From Octopus vulgaris (Eukaryota), in NCBI GenBank assembly GCA_951406725.2, contig OX597817.1, forward strand, positions 102,176,001-102,240,000: 64,000 nt of DNA, written 5' to 3'. Below the pieces are notes generated by a model. It saw only the letters and a list, made by a program, of their open reading frames with translations. It ran no database searches and had not been told where the DNA came from. The translations under genes and the position numbers were made by a program. Of this stretch, positions 10,654 through 23,913 are shown piece by piece (the first letter of the stretch is position 1; the number at the start of each line of letters is the position of its first letter).

Positions 10654-12332
10654 GAATGAATGAATGAATGTTCGTCCTTCGACTTCGAAGATGACCATTG
10701 ACATCATTTGGTGGAATTGCTGCTGTGAGACCGGAGGTTGCTGGTGAGGTCAATCCGGGCAAGAAAGCCCCTCCCACAGGTGGGGCAGAAGTGGGTAGGG
10801 GCTGTGCTATTGGTGCAGGTGGCTCTGGCTTTCCGCATCTGGCGTTTCTGTTCTGCTGACTGAATCCGTCTCTCCTCGGCTGTCTTTGCTCCTGTGGTGA
10901 TTACGCTGCGCCAGGATGAGCGGTCGGCAGCAAGTGTCTCCCAAGTCTCTGTGCCGATGGAGAAGTCTTTGAGAGAGACTTTGAGACTGTCCTTGAAGCG
11001 CTTCTTCTGCCCTCTGACTTTGCGTTTGCCCTGGCTGAGTTCACCGTAGAAGAGCTGTTTTGGGATGCGAGTGTTGGACATGTGGGAGACGTGGCCTGCC
11101 CATCTCAGCTGGGCCTTGCGCATGATCGTGATGGTGCTAGGGAGATCTGCCTGCTTCAGAACTTCCGTGTCTGGGACTTTGTCCTACCAGCGGATGTGAA
11201 GGAGGTTCCGAAGACACCTGAAGTGGAAGTGGTTTATCTGGCACTCGTGCCTTCGGTAAGCAGTCCACATCTCGCAGCCGTATAGTAGGGTGGTAAGCAC
11301 AACTGCCCGGTAGACTTTCAGCTTGGTGTTGAGGCTGATTCCTCTCCGCTCCCAGACTTTCTTTCGCAGTCTCCCAAACGCGCTGCTTGCCTTGGAGATT
11401 CTGTTGATGATTTCAGCATCTATGTTGGCATTGCAGGAGAGAGTGCTGCCCAGGTAGGTGAAGTTTTCAACCGCTCGTAGGATCCGTCCATTCACCTTTA
11501 TCTGAGGCTCATGGTATTATTTGCCGGGGGCTGGCTGAAAAAATCACTTCGGTTTTCTTGGCACTGATGGTAAGACCGAAGTTTTCACAGGCTGATGAGA
11601 ACCTGTCCATCCCGAGCTGCATCTCCTGCTCATCGATTTCATTAAGGAAGGCTTCAGATGAGTTGCCGTCTTCAAGGACTCTGGCTGTCATTCCGTCGTG
11701 GGACTGGCGGACAATTGCAATAAATTTGCTGGAGCAACCAAATTTTCCCACGACCTTCCAGAGTCCCTCCCTCCTGACTGTATCGAAAGCCCTGGTGAGG
11801 TCAACAAAGGTCATGCAGAGGTCAAGGTGCTGCTCCATGCATTTCTCCTAGAGCTGGTGGGCGGCGAATATCATGTCAGTGGTCCCTTGACCCGCACAAA
11901 AGCCACACTGGCTCTCAGGGAGAAGGCCTTGCTCCAAGTGTTCCAGAAGGCGGTCAAGCAGGACTCGGGCCAGGATCTTGCCTGCTATGGACAAGAGGGA
12001 GATTTCTCGGTGGTTGTCGCAGGACTGCCAATCTCCTTTCCGCTTATAAATGTAGACGATTGTTGCGTCCCGGAAATCTTGAAGGAGTTGTTCCCTGTCC
12101 CACATCGACTGGAACAGGCTGGTGAGCTGACTGATCATGGTGGGGCCACCTGACTTGAACACCTCTGCAGGGATGGCGTCAAAGCCTGGAGCTTTGCCGG
12201 TGGACATTTTTTTGATGGCTCTGCTCACTTCCTTGACTGCAGGGGGAACAGCCAGCTCATGGTTTGTCGGCATCTGGGGGAGTCGTGCGATGGCTTCCTC
12301 ATTGATCTGGGCTGGTCGGTTGAGCACGATGT
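10654..12332 (-). mobile_element. 5'-truncated, internally deleted RTE LINE (RT pseudogene)
   Basis: ORFs with KAPGFD, LLPESQCGF, FVDLTRAFD, FTYLGS, QLRWAGHV and C-terminal CPTC zinc finger; (TTCA)n tail; 14-bp TSD TGAATCTGTTAAAT at 10640-10653 and 12333-12346. Confidence 0.93.
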
Positions 12333-12919
12333 TGAATCTGTTAAATACAATTTAGTTCTTTACGTTTCATAGTTTATTTTATATTTTAAGTGTATATTTT
12401 AGATTGCCTCCAGAAACCTGGAAAATACAGATACTTCCAGTCCCAAGCATGCCAGATAATTGATTTGGTTCCATATTGGTCTTTAAACAAAAGCTCAAGT
12501 ATAACCATCCTTACTACAAAAATCTTGTAATTGCACAGTACTAGTAAGAGCCCCAGAATGGTGTAGATTATGTAATATGTTCCTCTCTCTCTCTTTCTCA
12601 CATACAATAAGCAAGGAACCTCTAAATGCTCACTTCTAGAAACAGAAGCCAAATTTCCTTTAAGCAGTGTTACAATAAACAGAACAGACAGATAGACACA
12701 CATACACAGATAACTGACTTCTATAGTTTCTATCTACCAAATTCTACTCAGTAGGCATTAGTTAACTAGAGGCTATAGCAGAAAGCATTTCTTCCAGGCT
12801 ATCACCAGGTTGTGAAGCAAATATCTTAAGTACAACCTCATGGATATATCTGCATCTAAATGGTAAAATTTAAATATTTTTGTTAGAATATTGGCCTTAC
12901 CACTGAATTATCTGCTTAA

Positions 12920-12970
12920 GGCTCCTGATGAGAGTTCGCAATCTGAAACAGGTAATCCATCCACTGAGCC
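12920..12970 (+). ncRNA. Degenerate hammerhead-like remnant
   Basis: GGCTC-CTGATGA-GAGTTCGCAATCT-GAAA-CAG...CTG-AGCC, next to a TA tract; cleavage triplet missing. Confidence 0.3.
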
Positions 12971-14467
12971 TATATATAATATACACATATAGATATGTTG
13001 GTGTAAACAGGAAAAATAGAGCTCAAAATATGATTACATTTATATTTTTATTAATATTTAGAAGTAACAGAGTGACTGTGCAGACTTTTAAGCTAACATT
13101 TTAGATTTATATCACAGTATAACAGTTGGAGAATTTTGTTTCACTGTGACATTTGGAGATAACTGTAAAATAGCAGGATGAACAACATTCTTGGTTTTAC
13201 CATTTCCAACTCTGGAACAACCAGCATAGAGCTGACCATGGGAAAAGCAATGCAGCATGAAGCGAAGTCCAAAATTTTGAGTGACTGTCCTTGACTCTTG
13301 TTAATTGTATTATTGTAGGTAATGGAGATACAGTGGCACTATTTAATTTAAGAACACTTGTATACTAACCTTAAAATGACATTTTTTATATATTCAAATT
13401 GTAAATTGTGAATTAAGATGGATACTAAAATAAAGGAAATTTCACAAGCTTTAATATGGTATACAACTTTACAGTGTAACATCAACATGTTAATTTAAAA
13501 AAAAGCTTTATTTTTGCCTTATTGACCAATATAGGTAAAGTAATTTGCATGCTGTTACAATATTTAAGTTACTTAATAGTTGTAATTGGTAAGAAGACAA
13601 AACAGCACCAGAAACCAGAGCAAGGATCGCTCAGCTTTGTAGGCTGTAATGGTCATATAAAGCTATTTCAAACGAAACTGAATGCTCTACAATGCTGTCC
13701 ATCTTTATAAGGAAATTAATTATTATAAAGACTGCTCTCAACCTGGGCAACCAAGAAAAAGCAACAGCAAGAATGGATAGATACATTCATAGACTGTCCT
13801 CAAAAAAACTAAAAATGACCGCTGTTGACATTTAAAAAAAAAATTGGCAAAAATATGGACTTACTATTGGAGTGTCCACCATAAAAAAACTGTCTCAAAG
13901 AATTTGGATTTCTAAGAAGAGACTCTCATAAAAAGCCATACATTTCTTTAAAAAATAGATGTGCCTGAATACAGTTTGCAAAAGAGCATTTGAATTGGAG
14001 TTCAGCAGATTGGTTGAATGTGTTGTGGTCGGATGAGTCAAAGTTCAACTTGTTCGGCAGTGATGGCAAGAAGTATGTAAGAAGGGTTTAGGCAAAGAAT
14101 ATCATCCAGAATGCATCTGACCGACAATTAAGTGGAAGTGTGATGGTGTGGGGGTGCATGTCTGGAAAAGGCATTGGTCCTATAATCCGAATCAAGAGAA
14201 ATTATGAATAGTAAGTCCTATCTAGAAATATTGGATAAGACTATGCTTCCATATGTCCAAAAGCATTTGGGCTGATCTTGGACCTTCCAGCATGACAATG
14301 ACCTGAAATACAACATGCACCTATTGAGAGATTACATTAGGTCTAAGAGAATTCAGTTGATGGAGTGGCTGGTGCAATTGCCCGACCTAAATCCCATCGA
14401 AAATCTTTGGAAAAGTTGGGTAGAGCTGTCCAATGTAGTAAGCCAAAGAATAAGGTTGATTTTTTAA

Positions 14468-14687
14468 CCCTTTTGTTACTAACCTGGCCAAAACCGGCTC
14501 TGGCTCTGTGGTAAAATGTCTTGTTTCCATAAGTTTTGAATTAGAATATTCCACCAAGCCTTAGTCACTAGTTACATTCCTAACACTAGTTTAATGATAA
14601 CTAAGTTATTTTACTAAATTCTTTTTTATATTTAGAATAATTGAAAGAAACCCAGAGCATCTCAAAATAAATGCAGTAACAAAAGGG
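14468..14687. mobile_element. piggyBac-type MITE nested in Tc1
   Basis: TTAA|CCCTTTTGTTAC...GTAACAAAAGGG|TTAA. Confidence 0.9.
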
Positions 14688-14898
14688 TTAAACATTATTA
14701 GCCAAAACTAGGAAAAAATCTCAGGAACAGTGACAATTAATGATCTGAACAATTCTATGTTTCACAGATGCAAAGCTGTATTAAGTAATTTTGGATACCC
14801 AACCAAATACTGACTGTGTGAACTTATTGTTTTTTTTTTAATCTCAGTTTTTTTATTGATTTAAACCAATAAAATTAAATTTTACAAATCGTTCTTAA

Positions 14899-15975
14899 CC
14901 CTTTCGTTACTATATTTCTGACGAAAATACACCCCTTATGTGTTTCAATTAATTTCTAACGTAATCATAAATTTAGTCTGGTTTCATTAAACAACTATAA
15001 CTTTTTTATTTATCAATATATTAACGTGAATTTTGGAAGATAATTTAATGAAATGTTCTCAACCAATTCTATACTATAATTTTTGTCACAAAGTGACTCT
15101 AATTGCAGGTAGATACAGGTAAATTCAACAAAATATAAAATTATTAAAATTTTGTTCAAACATCGCTATAGAAAATGGGTTATTAGCTAATATTCAATTG
15201 GGTATACAACAAAATTTTACTATAGAATTTGTTATTCTGGGTAACTTTCTGATACCCATAATATTTATGGCAAAATAAGCCTTAATTTCATTTAAGGTTG
15301 TGGGAAACCACAAAGTACCCTTTCTTTCGTTTTGTTTACATTTAGCGTAACGGTTCGTTTCCGCCGTAATGATTTCAAATAGGCTCATTCGAAAAAGAAA
15401 TAGTCTAAGGCTTTACTCTTCTGGGAAAGTCTGTGGCTTGGTCCAGTTTCTTCAGAAAAATCACCGAAAGAAACAGTTTTTAAATTTTCACTCTATTCAG
15501 GTGCCAATTCATTTTCTTTATCGCTGTCGGAGCTCTCGGATTCACTGTTTTCACTTTCGGAAAATGAAACATCAGATTCATTATCAAATACCACGTGCTT
15601 TTTTTTTTCAGTCATAGAGTTAGATTTATGAAGGTCTTCAGTAGAAAATCCTTCGAATTCTGACTCGCTGCTTGATATAATGAAATTTGTATCCATTTTT
15701 TGTCAGAATTACAAATTTTGAAAACACAATAGGAACAAATTTCGGAAAAAAATCTCCCAAAATTCACGGAATTAAAATTAGACTTCGATTTTTGTACAAA
15801 ACTGTAGTTGAACTGTTTATGAAGTATAATACGTATTTTCACGAATGTACTAAAGAGATTTGCTCTGATATTCTCATTTAAATATGAATAGGTAAATTCG
15901 GGCGGTTTTGGGCGGTTTGGTCACATTAACCAAAATTTTTTTCGGGTGGTTTTGGGTGGTTTGGTATCGAAAGGG
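14899..15975 (-). mobile_element. Internally deleted piggyBac nested in Tc1
   Basis: TTAA|CCCTTTCG...CGAAAGGG|TTAA; subterminal GGGCGGTTTTGG repeats; N-terminal transposase remnant (acidic SESEFEGF, ETNRYA, EIKAYF) at 15194-15696. Confidence 0.88.
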
Positions 15976-16859
15976 TTAAATTAAATGACACTATAAATTA
16001 CGATAATTAAGATTTATTTTTAATTCAAAATTAATATGTTGAAGCTGTATACCATATAAAAGCTTGTGAAATTTTCTTTATTTTGATATACAGCTTAATT
16101 CACAATCTACAACTTGAATATAAAAAAAAAATGCCATTTTAACATTAGTATATTAGTATTCTTAAAATAAATGGCACCACTGTAACTGTCACAAAGTTTT
16201 GGTCAGTTTTCTAACACAGAAAGTTGTATTTATTATTATAGCCAAGGTAGACCGTTTGAAATCCAAATGCGCTTACAATAGATCCCAGTGCTGAATGTTT
16301 AAGAACCAAATGAAGGTCAGATTTTCAATCCCGGGATCATCCTAATTACAAAAAAGGTATTATATGTCTACATAGAGCAAATGTAGACCGAGATACAAGG
16401 GTCCCAGACTGACAGAATTTTACTTTTATTTATATAGATTTCTAGTTTCCATGCTAATCACAAAATGTTATTTATCTATTTATTGTTCTGGAACTTCAGC
16501 TAATCAAAGTACACTGGAGATCAGAATAGCCACACATTTCTGGTCTTAAAAATGAAAGGTGTTTGATCAAATTGACCTGGAGTTAAGTAACAATAACAAA
16601 AAGTATCCAGACCATCACCACTATTGCTACTACTACTACTACTACTACTTGATAGCTGTGGTGATAGTATTGCATATCACTGTCACCACCAACAATGATA
16701 ACAACTATGGCAGTGAAACTGTTGTAGTGGTAGTGCTAGTGGTTGTTATTATAATGACGGTAGCAATGTTACATTGCTATAACCTTTAAACTAATATCAG
16801 TCACCAAGGGGTGGTGGTGGTGACGGTACCCAAATCTCACAAACTAAGCAGCAAAATGG

Positions 16860-18517
16860 GTTAGTGTGATTTGTAAAACTGATGCTTAGATTTTAAGATA
16901 TCATCAATATTTGCCTTGGAATTGCTGCATCCAACCAAAAGAATTCTTTTCAAATGTTCATCAGTTAACCTCATTTGATGTGATGACTTCACAGACATAA
17001 GTTGTTCCAAATACTGATGCCATACCAGAGGCAAGTTTCATCAAATTTGAAAACTCATCATCAAGTAAACAACGATATAATTCAACAAGTTTTCCATCTC
17101 TTTCAACAAGTCCTTTACTTGCAAATCAATGAGCACCAGCAGTAGTTCAATTGCCACATGAAGTTTACAATAAAACTGATTCTGAAACAGAAGAATGTCA
17201 ATCAATTCTGTTAAGATCTGAAAATCTCTCCAAAAAATGCTTATTTAAATCATGAATAATAATCTTTGGAAACTCGAGGTTGACATCTGCAATTCCAGCG
17301 CGAAGATCTTTAAAACACTGAAAATGAGAGAAGTTTCCTCTTTCCAGTTGTGCTTCAACCAATGATAGCTTTCTCCAAAATCCTTTGATGATTCTGTAGA
17401 GATCTCAGTTAAGGGTATCCTTTCCCTCAAGTTTCAAGTTCAATTCATTCATGTGGATTGTGATGTCAACCAAAAATGACAACTTTGACAGCCAGGTAGG
17501 ATCTGACAAGTTAATCAGCTCTATCCTTTCCAGTGAGAAAAATATCTATTTCTCTTCAGAGCTTATAAAAACAAAAGAGGACATTATCGCAGCTGAGCCA
17601 CCCCACTGCTGTGTGATAAGTCAAATCACAGGATTCAGAATCAATTTCTTCAAAAAAAGCCTGAAACTGGCAGTGAAGATCATGAAGTTCACCATAGAAA
17701 CGAATTATGAAAAGAATGTTTAAACACAGAAACGGTGAACGAAGTTCACCGTAGAAACGACTGGTTTCAGTACGCAAGAAATATCTGTCTTTCCCAGAGT
17801 GCTTGCTGATGTATAATGCTGTGTATAAAAGAGCAACCAGAAGTTGAAGATCTTCCAACTTAGTCCTGATCTTCCTCACTAAACCCTTCCTCACTCCAGC
17901 CATATTTTTTCCTCCATCAACTGTAACACATTAAAGCTGATTCCACTGAGGTTATAGCTTTGCAAAGTTTTCTGCACTTCCATGAAAAATGCCTTCTCCA
18001 GTTGTTGTTCTGTGCATGCTGCAAACAGATGACAACTCTTCTGTGATCTAAAAGACCAAATTAACACCATGAATGAACACGAGAAGTTGTGACGTACTCA
18101 AGAGATCAGTAGACTCATCCAGTGCCAAAGAAAACCACAAGAAGTTCCTAGCTTTCTCGCGTATCTGTAGCACTTTGTTCTCTCCAAATTCTTGTGTTCT
18201 CCACACAGCTGAACTTGCTGAAAGGCTGAAACTTCGAAGCAAATCAGCTTTCTCAGGACACAAGTCATTTGCTGCTTCCATCATACACTCTTTGATGAAG
18301 TTGCCGTCAGTAAACGGTTTTCCTCGCTCTGCCATCTTATGCACTATTTTGTAACTTGTACGAGTGACAGATTCATTTTCAGCAAACATTCTCATGAAAA
18401 GAATGTTTAAACACAGGAATGCAAGTTAAAACACGATCGCTGCAGGAATGAACTCTCATTGCAGGTACTTACACAAAAGATACAGTGCAACGGCGGGCTG
18501 AAGTTTGGTGACCCCTG
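16860..18517 (-). mobile_element. Decayed hAT (Charlie/SPIN, GTF2IRD2-like) transposon
   Basis: Terminus CAGGGGTCACCAAACT at 18517-18502; KPFTDGNFIKECM, FSLALDESTD, YHTAVGWLS, FGTTYVCE remnants; other end not located. Confidence 0.85.
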
Positions 18518-20522
18518 CTCTATATGATAAAAATAAAATAACAGCAACGAGTTCATAAAAAAAAAACTGAGCAAATGTAGAAAAAGAAAACCCACTATTT
18601 CCCAACCCCGTCTCTCTCTCTCTCTCTCTCTCTCTCGCTCTCCCTCTTTCCATCAACCAAACGCTCATGGATCTATCTGTTGCTTCCTGAAATACTCTGT
18701 TCTCTATGATAGAGAGTGGGGTACAATGAACAAATAAAGTAGGACCAGTGTGATTGTCACATTGACAAGTACTTTTAATACACTGTCAAGTGGAACGCCT
18801 GTCTATCTATGTTATAAGTGCATAGAATACACGTACAAAAAGCTGCTTGTATACACATACACACACACGGTCAGAGTAACGTAGATAAAACAAAGTATAA
18901 AGCAGCTCGCACTTAAAAAAGCTTTCCAGTTTTCTGCTACAACAAAATAGAAGGGTATCATAAATAAATAAATAAATAAAAAGAAAAAGGAAAAAGAAAA
19001 GAGATGGGGAAAAGGGGGCAACTAATTGGGAAATGCAGAAGAAACAGTAGCTCTCACCTAATTTTTAATTATTAGGTGTTTAGGGGAAATGAAACTACAC
19101 GTAGTGTGATGTATCAATGAAATAATTAGCCAGCATATACGAAGTATTTCTATTTTCAACTCTGTAAGTATAACATATTGAAAAGTGTGTAATATCATTA
19201 GATGTGGATATTGATATGCAGTACAATGCATGCGTTCGTGTACAAAGGTGCATATACATGAAAAAGTGAGAGATCAAAAAAAAAAGTTGTTTACTGCATG
19301 AATATCACATGTATATATTATACATTGCTGTTCAATGGTTTCTACATTTATAAAAATATCATAATATAACTTGCATACACAAACGTGATGTTGTAGGTGA
19401 GGGAGCTTCAACGTATCCGTTTGGCTTGCTAGAAATAGCAGCTAAATGCCTCTCATATTACAATACTAATTTACAAAGGACACACACACACAAAGTATGG
19501 GATGTTCGCGGCCTTTGATTGTAAAGTCTGCTTGATCACAATAAAAACAACCCCACTTATATTGGGAATACAGAATCCAATGGAGTAGTTTTTGTTGTTG
19601 CTATAGGAAGGAAGTTTAGTTCTACTGCGAGAAAATCTTGCAACACTGACGGTGACAATATCAGAATGTCTTGAGCAATAACGAGTATGTTCTCGAACTT
19701 CGGTTTTTAACATCTATTCTAACAATCACTGGTATTAATGTGAAGCTGATGTGCAACAAAAGATTGGTATTACTTTATGTTTTAACAGTGATTTATAACT
19801 ATATAAAAAAAAAGATACCAAGTACCAACTGAATCCAGTGTATAAACGCACTCACACTTCCCCAATATTTCAAGACTGATTTTGTATGTATGTGTGCATG
19901 TATATATATATATATATATATATCAAACGATATACTTCGAAATACAAATGTAAATGCTATCTATTAATGGCTAACGAACTTGTTTTCGTTTAGAAAAATC
20001 ACGTCAGTTCAGATCGAGTGGTCAAGGTATTTGTAGACATCTCATTTTTTGTTCCAGACATAATACCAACATTATTCAATGCTCTTCCTTTTTAAAGATA
20101 GTAGGATATGATCTGAGAGAAATTTGGTTGCTATTTCTAGCGAGTTGTTCGACCAAGTAGAGGTTCCTTCGTTATACAGTCTGCTCTTCACTTTTGTTTC
20201 AAGTAAAGATAAATTTATGTCTTGATAGTTTACCAATGTTTATTGCTGGTAACATTTCCAGAGATCATGCTTATTCCTGACAGTCCAGATTAATCGAGAT
20301 ATAAAATAAAATGCTCAAAGAGATAACGTACTCATGCACTAGATTTGAACTCAAAACACACGCGCTGGTACCCCACTCAACTAATTTTCTATTTAAAACT
20401 TATTTATCTTGGATAATGGTACTTCGTTATCAAACTTAGAATAATGAAAAGAGCTATGTCTGATTGAATGAAACAGCATTTGAATCCAGGAAAGTAAATA
20501 ATAAGTCTACTCTTCACATAAT

Positions 20523-21142
20523 AAACGCCCTGATGCAATACTAGACAGTGGCTCTCGTGACTTCTGATCTTAACTGACTGGAAGTGTTATCATGTACATT
20601 GTTTTGTCTTGGTATAAAAGATGGGCTACAGTAAATATTCTGCTCAATACCACAGATTTGCTTGTCATTTGTTTGACCATAACCAGTTGAGCATGTCCCT
20701 TAGTGGCTGATGATATGTGCATCTCTAATCACAAACAGAAGTAGTGGGGGAGCATCATAGCCATGTGTTGAGAGGAATTTTGTGGGGTTTGAATAATTCA
20801 CCTCTGAAATAATGGGTGTTTCGTTCAATATCCTTAAACAATCCTTATTCAAGGATCTTTGAATAGGATGGGCCACTCGACCTGAAGAAAATGCTAACTG
20901 GGCCTCACCGCAGTTATCTTGATATGAGATCACCATGTCGCGCAAATATTGTTGTGACGCATGTGATGGGTAGTCATGATGGGTATACTTGGCTCCGTAT
21001 ATTTTATCCCAGTGTCACTTTGACGGCATGCACCGCTCTCTCACTCAACAACAACAACAATAATAATAATAACAATAATAATAATAACAGTAATAATAAT
21101 AACAATAATAATAATAACAATAATAATAACAATAATAATAAC

Positions 21143-21182
<40 letters not shown>

Positions 21183-21620
21183 GCCTTGATGCAGTACCAG
21201 GCAGTGGCTCTCATGGCTTTTGATCATAACTGATTAGAAGTGTTATCACGCACATATTTTGTCCTGGTATTAAAAAATGGGCTACAGCAAATATTCTGCT
21301 TAATACCACAGATTTGCTTGTCACTTGATTGACCTTAATCAGTTGAGTATGTCCCTTGGTGGATGACGATTTGTACTTCTCTGATCACAAGCAGAAGTAG
21401 CTGGGAAGCATCACAGATACGACATTGAGAGGAATATTTTGGCGTTTGAATAATTCACCTACGGAAACATGAATGTTTCGTTCAACATCCCCAAACAATC
21501 CTTAGTCAGGGACCTTTTGAGCGGGATGGGCTACTCGACCTGAACAAAATTCTAACTGGGCCCCACAGATCACCAGGTTGCACACATATGGTTGTGATGC
21601 ACGTGCATAGTGTACCCTTA
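20523..21620 (+). repeat. Two diverged copies of a ~500-bp interspersed repeat separated by an (AAT/AAC)n tract (21047-21180); possibly a Dong/R4-type 3' end
   Basis: GCCCTGATGCA...CAGTGGCTCTC...GAAGTGTTATCA at 20526 and 21183; copy 1 ends CTCTCACTC(AAC/AAT)n. Confidence 0.7.
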
Positions 21621-22216
21621 TACTAACTTCGGGCATTAAAGTGTGGTTATGCTGGAGCACCACTTTGAAGGGTATTTATTTCATCGGTCTGGTACTTTAT
21701 CGGTCTCTTTGTCCGAATCGCTAGTTTACGGGAACGCAAGCAAACCAATACCGATTGTTAAATGGTGGTGGGAAACAACAAACACACACACACACACATT
21801 TGCAACGGACTTCAACACAGTTTCCATCAACCAAATTCACTCGCAATGAATGTAAATATAGAGGTAAGACAACTGTAAATCAGAATGTAAAGATAAACTT
21901 CAAATAGTAGCTAGAGGGGATATTGTGAAGCACACAGAATATGTACCTAAAGTTGGTCGAAACGAGGTCAAGAGAGTGTGCATGAGATACTCGTCGGGTG
22001 GTACTTTGGTAAGTAGACACCTCAAACTAGCACCCGGAACTAAATTACTCCAGCCTGATATTACATGTAAGTACACTTGAAAAAAAGGCGGAGGGGGACG
22101 TTGAATAGGTAAAGGAAAATGTTTAAGAATATAATCCATATACGGTAAAAATAAACACCAATGCAAACAAGAGCACTCAGAGAGCGCAAACCTCCGCCAA
22201 AGCAACACCAACGTCC

Positions 22217-23898
22217 CGATTTTTTATTACCTACAAGGGGCCAAACATAGATGGGACATTACAAAACAATACAGGACACATACTCGGGGAAATAAAATAC
22301 AGAAAGAAATCGAGTGAAGAAGAAAAATAAAAAAAACGAATGAAAATGATAAAATGAGGCGCAATGCGCACTCGACCCTCGAAATCCAGTGGTTACATTA
22401 CACGTTATTTTGAACAGTTTTGTTTTTCCTTTTTTTTTTAATTGTTCATAGTTTTTTAGGCTTTTCAGCTCTTTATGTTGAATTACGGTTGGTAGAGCAT
22501 CAAACCACACTGGCCCGCCAAATGAAATGAAATACTTTCTATATGTTTTTATAAATGTGTCGTATCTATCCTCATTCAATACTACACACTTCTGTTCTTC
22601 ATTGAAATCCTCCCTAGGCAGTTTCACCCTTATTAATCCCTTCCACTTGGAAATCCTCCTGTCCACATCTACATTCTTTTCCTAGTATACTATGAATGCC
22701 TTATTTCTAAAACGTGTTGTACATTCTCTTCTACTGATTCTCTCGCTTTTGGTTCTGTCTCTACTGTCTGCGTATGTTTGAAGATAGGCGGTTACCTACC
22801 TTTTTTGAGCGTCCTACTGGTCCCTTCGAGTGTTCTCTTGCTTTAGCCTCTTTCCTCCTTTTGGGGCTGACAAACCCGTCACTCCCCTCATTTGCCGCTT
22901 TCGTTCTGTCTTTCTTCGGTTTCATCTCTTCCGTATCCCTAGTGCACTCCATATCGCTTTTGCCGACTCCGTCTTTTATTGCTTCACTTGGTACTCCAAT
23001 CTCCACTTCTTGATCCCTCTCCACAGCCTTCTCACTCCAAGGAGGCTTGTGCTTGGGGCACTGCGTCTTCATGTGGCCTTTCACTCCACATTCGTAACAA
23101 TTTGGTCGGCGTCCCTCAACAATCGCTTTGAGGGATCTCTCTCCCAGAATCTCTATCTGATAGGGGATCCTTTCAATGTCTTCGAAAGTGGCAAAAAGCC
23201 ACATCTCGACTCCGTATTCCCTCTTCCAACTGTCTCAAATTCGGGATTCTCCTCGGTGGCATCCACAACAGCTGTCACCAACTACTCTAGCTTTATTTCT
23301 GGTGGCACCCTTCCAATACGAATGCCTGCCTCTATACGTGGGCAGCAGCGTCACCTTTTCAGTGCATAAAATAGTGGTGGAATGTGAGGCCGTCTCTTTG
23401 GTGGCAAACCTCACCTCCACCGTACCATATTTCTTTCCTCGGCTAACGAAAGTTGTCGTTTTCATCAGGGGTCCCAAACATTCCCCCACGTCATTTTCTG
23501 ATAGAATTTCAATTTTATTGGTAGCGATCGCTTGCGTGCGGTAACACCACCGTCCTATCACTCTTATCCTCGACCGTTTCTTCTGGAGGGACCAGCTTTA
23601 CTGCGTTTCCCTCCCTTTTTTACAAACTGTTCACTTCTTCTTATCTCTTCCACATTTACTATTATCAGTTTCGCGTCCAACGGCGCAGCCGCTCCCACTG
23701 CAACAGTTTTTGCATAGTTCTCCATAATGAAAAACTTACTTTTCACCCCTACAATTGGGAGAAAACAGAAACAAAAACAATCATGCGCGAGTCGCTCAAC
23801 AATGACACAATATCAACAACGGATAACCTCGAAGAGAAAAGCCTCAGCATGCAACAACAATTCAAAACCGTGGTCAAAAGTAACGAAACTCATAGTCT
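22217..23898 (-). mobile_element. ORF1-only Tx1/L1-type retroelement, copy 1 (frameshifted)
   Basis: MENYAKTVAVG...RGKKYGTVEVRF...CCHC knuckle CYECGVKGHMKTQC; 3' end CCCCTTGTAGGTAATAAAAAA; no EN/RT. Confidence 0.8.
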
Positions 23899-23913
23899 GC
23901 AACACCAACGTCT

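Larger units (their letters stand above)
13331..16182 (+). mobile_element. Tc1-family DNA transposon with long TIRs and decayed transposase
   Basis: TA|CAGTGG...CCACTG|TA; ~140+ bp imperfect TIRs; remnants WSDESKFNLFGSDG (~14025), VMVWGCM, FQHDND, PDLNPIENLW, GYPTKY* (~14810). Confidence 0.88.

Noticed and set aside
20891-21223. Poly-Asn ORF
   Set aside because: (AAT/AAC)n microsatellite
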